A stretch of DNA of 64,000 nucleotides, taken from the NCBI GenBank assembly GCA_964390045.1, contig CAYMGP010000002.1, positions 30,326-94,325 on the forward strand. The letters are read 5' to 3'. The stretch's first letter is position 1. The number at the start of each line of letters is the position of its first letter. This stretch comes from an uncultured Spirochaetaceae bacterium (GTDB lineage: Bacteria > Spirochaetota > Spirochaetia > SZUA-6 > DRHE01). Shown here in pieces: positions 37,858 to 45,884 of this stretch. A program made the position numbers and the translations under genes. The notes beneath the pieces are model-generated. The model saw only the letters and a list, made by a program, of their open reading frames with translations, was not told the DNA's origin and did no database searches.

Positions 37858-38693
37858 TTCATTTCCATCTTGCTGATGACAAGATCCTCTACCTCTTCCT
37901 TGTTCTTCTGCAGCGAGAAGGATATTTCGTCTACCAGCAATTTCAAGGCGCTGTCGTAGAGCTTGCGTTCCAGGATCGGGAGCTCTTTGATTTTACTGCG
38001 GTGGAAGAGGGCGCGGACAACCGTAGCTACGTCCAAGACGCTCCCTTTTTTCAGAAGATCGAGATTGTTCTGATAGCGTGCCTTCCAATCGGTGGGCACC
38101 GGCTCGTACTCTTCGGATATCAGTCTGAGCGCTTTGTTGGCCTGGCGCCTGTCCACGATCGGTCGAATTCCCAACTGGTCCGCTTTGTCTACAGGCACCA
38201 TAATCGTCATGTCGGAAACTTCGAGGTAAATGATGTAGTACAGTAGTGTGTCGCCGCGGAAAAGACGCTCCTCTATCGAGACAATCTGTCCCACACCCTG
38301 AAGGGGATAGACGATCTCCTGTCCCTTTTTGTATTTCAGTTTCTGCCTTCGGGAGGATGAGACTTTCTTTTTCGTCTCGCTCGCCGTTTTCGCCGTTTTT
38401 GCTGTTTTCACTGTTTTTGTTGCTTTCGTCGTCCTTGCTGATTTCGCCGTCTTGCCGATGGTTTGACGGCGAGCTGTTTTTTTGCTGTCCGTGGGCTTTG
38501 TTTTCTTCGCTGTTTGCTTGCTTGCCGAGCTCGTTTTTGTTTGGGAAACCTTTGTGCGGCTTGGGCTTTTCGCGGAAGCCTTGCTCTTGCTGCTCTTCGA
38601 GCTCTTGGGCCCTGCTGCAGAGGTTTTTTTTGAAGTTTTAGCCGATGATGCGCTTTTCGCGCTTTTCGAGGATTTTTTCGGAGTTGTCGCCAT
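37854..38693 (-). CDS. carD: CarD/CdnL-family RNA-polymerase-binding regulator with N-terminal Lys/Ser/Thr/Ala-rich basic extension
   Basis: aa ~122-279 are CarD_CdnL_TRCF-like (KKGQEIVYPLQGVGQIVSIEE..). The carD-ispD-ispF order is the synteny known from actinobacteria. aa 1-121 are low complexity (KKSSKSAKSASSAKTSKK...KTVKTAKTAKTA). Confidence 0.8.
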   Translation of the reverse strand: MATTPKKSSKSAKSASSAKTSKKTSAAGPKSSKSSKSKASAKSPSRTKVSQTKTSSASKQTAKKTKPTDSKKTARRQTIGKTAKSARTTKATKTVKTAKTAKTASETKKKVSSSRRQKLKYKKGQEIVYPLQGVGQIVSIEERLFRGDTLLYYIIYLEVSDMTIMVPVDKADQLGIRPIVDRRQANKALRLISEEYEPVPTDWKARYQNNLDLLKKGSVLDVATVVRALFHRSKIKELPILERKLYDSALKLLVDEISFSLQKNKEEVEDLVISKMEMN

Positions 38694-38765
38694 ATTTTGA
38701 GATTATACTAAAAATAAGGCCACGTAGTCAAAGGAGGTGCATTCGTTGTACCATCCTGAAAAATT

Positions 38766-39455
38766 ATGAAGGCCAGAAAAATAATCTCCCGGTTGGCATT
38801 TCCCGCCATTTTCCTGGTTCTGTTGATTGTCACTTTGCTGCTGCGCAAGCAGCTCGTCGAGTTGTTCAGCTCTCCTCAGAGCCTGCGGGAGTGGATCCGG
38901 TCCACGGGCGTTGCGGCTCCCCTGGTTTTTGTGGCGGTACAGGCCTTCCAGGTTGTTGTTTTCTTTATCCCCGGGGAGATCCCTCAGGTAGCGGGGGGAT
39001 ATCTTTTCGGGCTTTGGCAGGGAACGCTGCTTTCCATCCTCGGCATTACCCTGGGTGCAATCTTCAATTTTTTTGTTTCCCGCCTGCTCGGCGTGCCCTT
39101 TGTCCGCAGTCTGTTCAAGATAGAAAATGTGGAAAGGACGCGCAGGATTGTAGAATCACCGAAGGCGAAGCTTTCCTTCTTTCTCTTTTTTCTGATTCCG
39201 GGCATTCCCAAAGATATTCTCTGCTATGCCGCAGGGTTGTCGGCGATGAGGCTAGGAACCTTTTTGGTCTTTTCCACGCTGGGAAGGCTTCCCGGGATCA
39301 TCGGCAGCGCTCTTATAGGGGATGCTGCGGCGGACAGACGCTGGATTTTAGCAGGCACTCTATTTTTCGTTGCGACGGTCCTGTTCGTTGCCGGATTTCT
39401 GCTACGTGCGCGGATTCAGATGTTTCTGGAGCGGCTTTCTCGCAGGCGCTCTTGA
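38766..39455 (+). CDS. TVP38/TMEM64 (DedA-related) family membrane protein
   Basis: 229 aa, multi-TM, with ..FFIPGEIPQVAGGYLFG.. typical of the family. Confidence 0.75.
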   Translation: MKARKIISRLAFPAIFLVLLIVTLLLRKQLVELFSSPQSLREWIRSTGVAAPLVFVAVQAFQVVVFFIPGEIPQVAGGYLFGLWQGTLLSILGITLGAIFNFFVSRLLGVPFVRSLFKIENVERTRRIVESPKAKLSFFLFFLIPGIPKDILCYAAGLSAMRLGTFLVFSTLGRLPGIIGSALIGDAAADRRWILAGTLFFVATVLFVAGFLLRARIQMFLERLSRRRS

Positions 39456-41039
39456 TTACAACCTGACCACCCCGGGAGGCACCCGCAGAGCTCGAAAGCG
39501 CAGGTACTTGAAGGGGTGGATGTTGAGGATGTTGGGAAACCACCCTTCGACCCTGTCCAGATCGATAAGGTTGAAGGCCGGGGTGTGGCTGATCGGCAGC
39601 ACCACCGCTTTTTGGAGGAGTACCTCCTCACTCTCTCCGAGCCGTTCGTAACGCTGCTTGCCTTCCTGGCTGAAGGACTTCTCGACTAACTCGTCGAACT
39701 CCTTATCCGTGAAACGGGCGTCGTTGAGGTTGCTGTCCGTTGTCCACATCTGCAGAAAAGTGAGAGGATCGGCGTAGTCCCCGATCCAGGTAGCCGAGCC
39801 AATCGTGAAATCGCTCTTCTTCACTTCGTCGAGGTACACATCGAAGGTAAAGGTGCTGAAACCAACCTGCAGGTTCAGCTCTTCTTTCCAGCTTTCCGCC
39901 ATGATGCCGGCGATTCGTTCGCTCTCCGAGTCTCCGGGAAGCTTGAAGAGCAGGGCGGGCAGGCCGATGCCGTTCGGGTAGCCTGCCTCAGCGAGCAGGC
40001 TCAACGCTTCCTCCCTGTTCGGGCCCTCGATACCTTTTACCTCCGGATAGCCCGGAATGGCGGGGATGAGACGGCTGGTGGGAAGCAGCCTTTGCTCTTC
40101 ATTTCGAATCTGCTCCCAGGGAACGAGCAGCGCCAGGGCTCTGCGAACCCGCTCGTCCGTCCACGGCTCCTGCTGGCAGACGAAGAAGAAATAGCTGGTG
40201 GCGAACAGGGGGTTGAACACGATCTTGGTTCGGTCGAGCAGCAGCTGGGTGTCCCAGTTGTTCGCCCAGTGCACCTCACCATTGTTGAAAGCCTGGCTGA
40301 TGGCCTCAGGATCGTCCATGAAGCGAACCCTCAGGGTTTCCAGTTCGACCCGCCCGGAATCCCAGTACAGCCCGTTTTTTTTCAACACCAGCTCGTCGGG
40401 GCTGCGGTCGTAGAGGTAGAAAGGACCGTTGGCTATCAGATTGGACTCCTGATCCCAGTTATCCCGGTCCCTGTAGCTGGAATGCACGGGGGCGAAGGTC
40501 ATGTGGCAGAGGAGCTTGAGAAAATGACTTGCAGGTTTTTCCAGCTCTACCTCCAGTTTGGTTTCGGAGACTACCCGAATCCCCAATTCTTCCCCATCCC
40601 GTCCCAGGCGGTAATCGCGGGCGCCTTTTATCACGTCGAAGAGAAAGGAGTATTCGGCTCCGGCTTCGGGATCGAGTATCCGCAGCCAGGACTCTCGGAA
40701 GTCCTGGGCGCGAACAGGGTCCCCGTTGCTGAAGTGGGCATCCTCCCGCAGGGTAAAGGTATACAGGGTTCTGTCGGGGCTCATCTTCCAACTGGAGGCG
40801 ACCGCCGGGATCGGTTCGAGGGAGAAGGGATGGTAGCTCAGCAGGCCTTCGTAAATGGCTGTAGAAAGCTCCGACTCCATAGTCGTGTAGATATGGCGGG
40901 GATCGAGCACGAGTTTTTTGGGAGAATATACGACCACAAACTCAGCCGGCTCTTCCTGTTGTTCATTGTCCTGGGCCGGAAGCAGGCAAAGAGCGGGCAG
41001 GAACAGGAAGAGCACAAGGAGGAGTTTTCTCACATTCAT
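39456..41039 (-). CDS. ABC-transporter substrate-binding protein, family 5 (peptide/nickel, OppA-like)
   Basis: 527 aa with signal peptide MNVRKLLLVLFLFLPALCLL. The size and internal pattern fit SBP_bac_5. No adjacent permease or ATPase genes. Confidence 0.8.
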   Translation of the reverse strand: MNVRKLLLVLFLFLPALCLLPAQDNEQQEEPAEFVVVYSPKKLVLDPRHIYTTMESELSTAIYEGLLSYHPFSLEPIPAVASSWKMSPDRTLYTFTLREDAHFSNGDPVRAQDFRESWLRILDPEAGAEYSFLFDVIKGARDYRLGRDGEELGIRVVSETKLEVELEKPASHFLKLLCHMTFAPVHSSYRDRDNWDQESNLIANGPFYLYDRSPDELVLKKNGLYWDSGRVELETLRVRFMDDPEAISQAFNNGEVHWANNWDTQLLLDRTKIVFNPLFATSYFFFVCQQEPWTDERVRRALALLVPWEQIRNEEQRLLPTSRLIPAIPGYPEVKGIEGPNREEALSLLAEAGYPNGIGLPALLFKLPGDSESERIAGIMAESWKEELNLQVGFSTFTFDVYLDEVKKSDFTIGSATWIGDYADPLTFLQMWTTDSNLNDARFTDKEFDELVEKSFSQEGKQRYERLGESEEVLLQKAVVLPISHTPAFNLIDLDRVEGWFPNILNIHPFKYLRFRALRVPPGVVRL

Positions 41040-41061
41040 AGGGCAACAATACTGTTTTTAT

Positions 41062-41730
41062 TCAGAAGAGGCTATACGATCGGATTTCCTTTACCTGAAG
41101 CTTCACGTCCAGCTCGGTGGCATAGCTTCCCGACTGGATCACGGTGCGAGGAGCGGCCCAGATCACGAGCTCGCCGCTGATCTCTCGCGGCTTGTTGAAA
41201 TGAATCGGGCGGAGATGATTTCTGAGAGCGTTTTTCATTGCTTCCTGTAGTGCCAGGCGTTTCCCCTCGGGGCTGGGCAGCGTGAAAATACTGTGCCGCC
41301 CGAGGCCCGAGCTCGTATCGACGGCATTGCTGGACCAGGCGCGCCGGCGGGCACTCTGGAAATCCTGTAGGTCGTAGTACACCTTGACGAATAAGAATGA
41401 GTCTTTGCGATAGGCATCCATGATCTCTAAGTTCGGATCGCCCCAGAGGATCTCGGCTACAGGAGTCAGGATGAACTGCTCTTCGATCTGCCGATTTTCA
41501 TCCGCCGGTGTGTAGCTGAACCTGAACCCGTAGATCATCCCCGATAGGATCTCCCGAGCTTCTTCGAGGATTCGCTTTTGAGCCGCCTCCGTGGACAGGG
41601 GGTACTCCTCGTTTTCTTGGACCATGGGTTCCAGCTCGCACCACAACAGCAGGTCGATCGGATCCTGTTCAACGTACCCGAATCCGGCGATGAGGAAAAA
41701 GATGAAGGCGGCGAGGAGTCTGGGATGCAT
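41062..41730 (-). CDS. hypothetical exported protein
   Basis: 222-aa ORF with N-terminal hydrophobic segment MHPRLLAAFIFFLIAGFGY. No recognisable motif. Confidence 0.5.
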   Translation of the reverse strand: MHPRLLAAFIFFLIAGFGYVEQDPIDLLLWCELEPMVQENEEYPLSTEAAQKRILEEAREILSGMIYGFRFSYTPADENRQIEEQFILTPVAEILWGDPNLEIMDAYRKDSFLFVKVYYDLQDFQSARRRAWSSNAVDTSSGLGRHSIFTLPSPEGKRLALQEAMKNALRNHLRPIHFNKPREISGELVIWAAPRTVIQSGSYATELDVKLQVKEIRSYSLF

Positions 41731-41753
41731 TCAGTGCTATTATCGGCGGGAGT

Positions 41754-42428
41754 CTAGCGACGCCTGAAAAAGACCTTTATCGGGTTGATGTTCATGCGAA
41801 CGAGAAAGTATAGGTAGCCGAATATCAGGCCGGCCAGATGTGTCAGATGGGCGACACCCCTTCCGGTGCCGGTGAGCTGGGAAAACAGAGCCAGGCCGGC
41901 GAACAGCAGCACGGCGATCGGCGCCCGCAATGGCAGAATCCCGAAGATGAACAGCCGGGCGTCCGGATAGAGGGTGGCATAGGCTAGAAGCAACCCGTAA
42001 ATGGCACCGGAGGCACCGACGACGGGGATGATGGCCAGGCCGGTGTACCAGTTCACGGCCAGGGTGGCCAGTCCGGCGCCGAGTCCGGTAATCAGGTAGT
42101 AGAGAAGGAACTCGGAGCTTCCCAGTCTGCGCTCCAATGGCGTGCCGAAGATGAACAGTGCCAGCATATTGAACAGGATGTGCCAGGTGCCCCCGTGTAT
42201 GAACATGTAGGTCAGCACTTGCCAGACGGCTTTGTCCAGCACCACTCTGTAAGGTATTAAAGAGATATAGTAATCCAAAACCCGATATCTTCCGTACGGT
42301 GTCGTTACCCATGTTCTGGAAAACAACAGGCCTAGCAGAAACATCCCGATGTTGACGATGATGAGTGTCAGGGTAGCGTTATAGTAACGGTAGGAAAGCG
42401 GGCGTTTGTAGAAGGGGAGCCGATTCAT
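41754..42428 (-). CDS. rhomboid-family intramembrane serine protease
   Basis: 224 aa with HILFNM and GASGAIYGLL catalytic motifs and six TM helices. Confidence 0.8.
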   Translation of the reverse strand: MNRLPFYKRPLSYRYYNATLTLIIVNIGMFLLGLLFSRTWVTTPYGRYRVLDYYISLIPYRVVLDKAVWQVLTYMFIHGGTWHILFNMLALFIFGTPLERRLGSSEFLLYYLITGLGAGLATLAVNWYTGLAIIPVVGASGAIYGLLLAYATLYPDARLFIFGILPLRAPIAVLLFAGLALFSQLTGTGRGVAHLTHLAGLIFGYLYFLVRMNINPIKVFFRRR

Positions 42429-42460
42429 ATCTTGAAAGTACGCTTGTCAGTGCCGAATCG

Positions 42461-43519
42461 TCAACCTGTAATGAGTTGCTCGACCAGCTCCTGAAGCTCT
42501 TCCCGAGCCGGCGAGCTGGGTAGCGCCTGCTCCAAATGGGCTTTAGTTTTTTGAAAAAGCGAACGGGCGTGCTGCTCGGCCTCTTCGAGACATCCGGAAG
42601 GCGAGATCAGGTCGATCAATCCGTCAATCGCCTGCCAGGCTGCCTTGGGATCGTCTCCACCGGCCGTCTCGAAGGCTTCTTTGACCTTGTTCTTTGCTTC
42701 GGGATAGCGCTGAAGATAGAGAATGATCGGCAGGCTCTTCTTGCCCTCAATGATGTCATCCCCCCTCTGCTTTCCCACAACGCCTGTTGTCAGGTTTTTC
42801 ACATCATCAATGATCTGAAAGCAGGCCCCGAAATCTTCCCCGATTCCGCCGAGCGTTTCGGCGTCCCGCTCGTTGCCGCCCCCGGCAATAACGCCTGCCC
42901 GGGCCGCCAGACGCGAAAGACTGCCCGTCTTGAAGCGGCACATCTGGCTGTATTGCTCTTCGCTGGGGATGTTCTCGTGGTCCCGGTGCCAAAGTATGTC
43001 CAATCCCTGCCCGAAGTGAAGCCTGACCATTTCCTCGACGTAGTACCGATGCAGCAGCATTTTTTGCTCGGGGGTAAAACTTCCCGTGTCGATCGTTCGG
43101 GCGGGCAGGAAGTACATCAGATTCCCCGCGTTCAGAGCAAGGTCCATGCCGAACTTGACGTGGATGGCTTCCGCCCCCCGGCGCTGCACAGCTCCGTCTT
43201 CGATATCGTCCACTATGAGACTGCCATTGTGGGCGATCTCGACGAGGGGGGCTAGGGGTAGGGCAAGATTCCAGTCCCCGTGGACTTCTGCACATAGAAG
43301 CATAAACAGGGGACGCCAGCGTTTTCCGCCCCTGGATAGGAGATCCCTTGCAGGAACGATGACCCTCTGCCAGATCTCGGGATCGATCGCTTGGACAGTG
43401 TTTCCCGAGTTCTGCGACGCCCAGTGTTCGGAGACCACCTCGGGAATAACCTGTTCGAGCTGTTTCTCGATGGCCGCAATTTTCTCTATCAATCGTTGGC
43501 GAGAAGGAATAGAATCCAT
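42461..43519 (-). CDS. polyprenyl diphosphate synthase (GGPP-synthase-like)
   Basis: First Asp-rich motif VDDIEDGAVQRRG and second Asp-rich motif IIDDVKN. Confidence 0.85.
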   Translation of the reverse strand: MDSIPSRQRLIEKIAAIEKQLEQVIPEVVSEHWASQNSGNTVQAIDPEIWQRVIVPARDLLSRGGKRWRPLFMLLCAEVHGDWNLALPLAPLVEIAHNGSLIVDDIEDGAVQRRGAEAIHVKFGMDLALNAGNLMYFLPARTIDTGSFTPEQKMLLHRYYVEEMVRLHFGQGLDILWHRDHENIPSEEQYSQMCRFKTGSLSRLAARAGVIAGGGNERDAETLGGIGEDFGACFQIIDDVKNLTTGVVGKQRGDDIIEGKKSLPIILYLQRYPEAKNKVKEAFETAGGDDPKAAWQAIDGLIDLISPSGCLEEAEQHARSLFQKTKAHLEQALPSSPAREELQELVEQLITG

Positions 43520-43603
43520 TTTGTGAGTCCTACGGAGTCCTACGAATATGATTGTAACAATTAGCAGTTTTTTATCAAGGTTTCAACAGGGCGGAGCGGT
43601 CTT

Positions 43604-44197
43604 TTGAAACGATCACAGGAGTACTTCAGCAAGCTGGCCCGAAAAAAGCATTTTGCCGCTCGTTCGGTGTTCAAGCTGCAGGAGATGCAGGACAGGTTTC
43701 ACCTTTTCAAGCCGGGAGACCGGGTACTTGATATCGGTTCCGCTCCGGGTAGCTGGAGTCAATTCTGCCTCGAACGACTGGGAGGGAAAGGCTTTCTGGT
43801 CGCCGTCGATTTGCAGGATCCTCGATTCGATACATCTCGGCGTGGAGGGTATAAATTTATTCGGGGGGACATTTTCGATGCTGACGTGCAGACTGCGATT
43901 CGAGATTTAGGTCCGTATGACCTTGTCATGAGCGATGCAGCTCCCAATACGAGCGGCAGCGGGCTGGTCGATGCTCAAATTTCCTTTGAAATTGCAGGTA
44001 AGGTGCTGGAGATAGCCTCCAGCGCCCTCAAAGCGCACGGGAATACCGTGGTGAAAATCTTTCAAGGGGGGGAGGAGGGAAAGCTGCTCGGATACATGAA
44101 AAAGCGCTTTCGTAGAGCCAAAGCCTTCAAGCCGGGCGCCTCACGCAGTGAGTCCCGGGAGGTATATTTCATTGGTTTCGATCTTGTGAAAAGTTGA
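43604..44197 (+). CDS. rlmE: 23S rRNA (uridine-2'-O)-methyltransferase RlmE/FtsJ
   Basis: RSVFKLQEMQDRFHLF.. and SAM motif LDIGSAPGSWSQ. TTG start. Confidence 0.85.
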   Translation: MKRSQEYFSKLARKKHFAARSVFKLQEMQDRFHLFKPGDRVLDIGSAPGSWSQFCLERLGGKGFLVAVDLQDPRFDTSRRGGYKFIRGDIFDADVQTAIRDLGPYDLVMSDAAPNTSGSGLVDAQISFEIAGKVLEIASSALKAHGNTVVKIFQGGEEGKLLGYMKKRFRRAKAFKPGASRSESREVYFIGFDLVKS

Positions 44198-44293
44198 AAA
44201 AAAAGCTTGATAAGAGAATTGATAGGATTTATCATAAGGGCAATATCCTTGATAAAGGAAAATAAAAATCCTAGTCTAAGGGGGATTAATGGG

Positions 44294-44962
44294 ATGAAAC
44301 GTTTACTCGTAGTACTATGCCTTCTGTTTCTGATTGTCCCGGCCTTTCTCTTTTCCCAAAACCTGGGGCCCTGGAATGCGGCGTACGGGGATTGGAAGAT
44401 GGTGGGGGGACGAATTGCACAGATGAGCACCAAGGCGGGGATGGCTCAGGCTTATATGAAGCTTCCCCAGAGTGGCATCATGCAGTATGAGTTCGATATC
44501 AAGTATATCGACGGCGGTCAGGATATGTTTGGAGCCTTTGGATTCCATATCGGTATCGACAAGGCTGCCGGCGGTAAGAGCTGGGGCAATGGCAAGTCCT
44601 TCCTGCTCTGGCTGACCTTCGATCCGAAAGCCTATGGAGGCTCCGGTGTCTACGGTCAGGCCTATTACAGCCAGACCAGCTCCATTATGGACATGGTCCA
44701 CAAAGCCACCGCCTATGAGCTTCCTGTAACCCGGTTGAAAGACATCAATCTGGAAAGAATGGCCATTTACAATCTGCCTGTGAAAGCCCGTGTCAATTAC
44801 AGCACTGGTATGGTCAAGGTTTGGGATCCTGTTATTCCCAACTACTACTACAGGTTCAGCCTGGGCGGGCCGATGCGCGGCGGTAACTACATCTCCGTGC
44901 GTACGAACAGTCTGGCAGCAAGTTTCGGTAACTTCAAAGTCACCAAGCCGGCCAGCTTCTAA
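44294..44962 (+). CDS. hypothetical secreted protein (possibly ConA/LamG-like beta-sandwich)
   Basis: 222 aa from MKRLLVVLCLLFLIVPAFLFSQ (signal peptide). Gly/Tyr-rich beta-strand-like sequence. The fold guess is speculative. Confidence 0.5.
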   Translation: MKRLLVVLCLLFLIVPAFLFSQNLGPWNAAYGDWKMVGGRIAQMSTKAGMAQAYMKLPQSGIMQYEFDIKYIDGGQDMFGAFGFHIGIDKAAGGKSWGNGKSFLLWLTFDPKAYGGSGVYGQAYYSQTSSIMDMVHKATAYELPVTRLKDINLERMAIYNLPVKARVNYSTGMVKVWDPVIPNYYYRFSLGGPMRGGNYISVRTNSLAASFGNFKVTKPASF

Positions 44963-45065
44963 GTAGATCGCTAAGTAGATCTTATAAAAAAACATATAAT
45001 CTCAGGTCCAGTTTCTGTGGGGGAAGCTGGATCTGTTTATTCCTCGATTCAGTGTTCTTAAAAAA

Positions 45066-45788
45066 ATGAAGGAACTCTTATCCCTCAATCTCGGTATTAC
45101 CACCTGCTATCTGCTGCCTATCGGTCGGGGATATCTGCTCATCGACACGGGATTTCCGGAAGATTATCGAAAGTTCCGCAGAGCTCTGACCAGAGCAGGC
45201 CTGGATATGGGAGAAATTCAATACCTTTTGCTTACCCACAGCCATGACGATCACGTCGGCTTTGCCGCCCGCCTGCAGCGGGAGATCGGGGTCCGGCTTA
45301 TCGTACACAAGAACGCGGTACCGGTGTTGGCCCAGGGGAGAGTCGATTACTCGGATCTCAAGGCGTTAAACCGGCTGGTTGATGTTCTGGGTGACCTGCA
45401 CGGCAGGTTCACAGGCAGGTCGGACAGTTTCGAGGCTGTAGTACCCACCGATGAGGATTTCATCCTGACCGGCGACGAGACGGACCTGCTTTCCTCTCTC
45501 GGTCTGGATGCGGAGATCCTCTATACCCCCGGACACAGCAATGATTCGATCTCGGTGATCGATGCGGCGGGAAGAGCTTTCTGCGGGGATGCGGCCATGA
45601 ACTTTCTCGGATTTACCGGCTGTCGGAAGCGTCCTATCTACTACAGGGACCTTGAGAGCGTCTTTAGCAGCTGGCAGAAAATACTGGCACGGGAGGTGCA
45701 GACTTTGTATCCGGCTCATGGCAAGCCCTTCCCCGCCGAACGGCTCAGGCAGTCCCTCAGGCGTTTCGCGCCGGGAAAATCCTGCTAG
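45066..45788 (+). CDS. MBL-fold metallo-hydrolase
   Basis: 240 aa with LLTHSHDDHVGF motif and a later TPGHS. Confidence 0.75.
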   Translation: MKELLSLNLGITTCYLLPIGRGYLLIDTGFPEDYRKFRRALTRAGLDMGEIQYLLLTHSHDDHVGFAARLQREIGVRLIVHKNAVPVLAQGRVDYSDLKALNRLVDVLGDLHGRFTGRSDSFEAVVPTDEDFILTGDETDLLSSLGLDAEILYTPGHSNDSISVIDAAGRAFCGDAAMNFLGFTGCRKRPIYYRDLESVFSSWQKILAREVQTLYPAHGKPFPAERLRQSLRRFAPGKSC

Positions 45789-45884
45789 ATTGACGGCTCG
45801 AACTACGGAAGAGGTAGCTGCGCAGTAATTCCTGAAAACCCAGGGATAGAATTTTATGATCTTTACAGATAGTATTGCTGCCAG

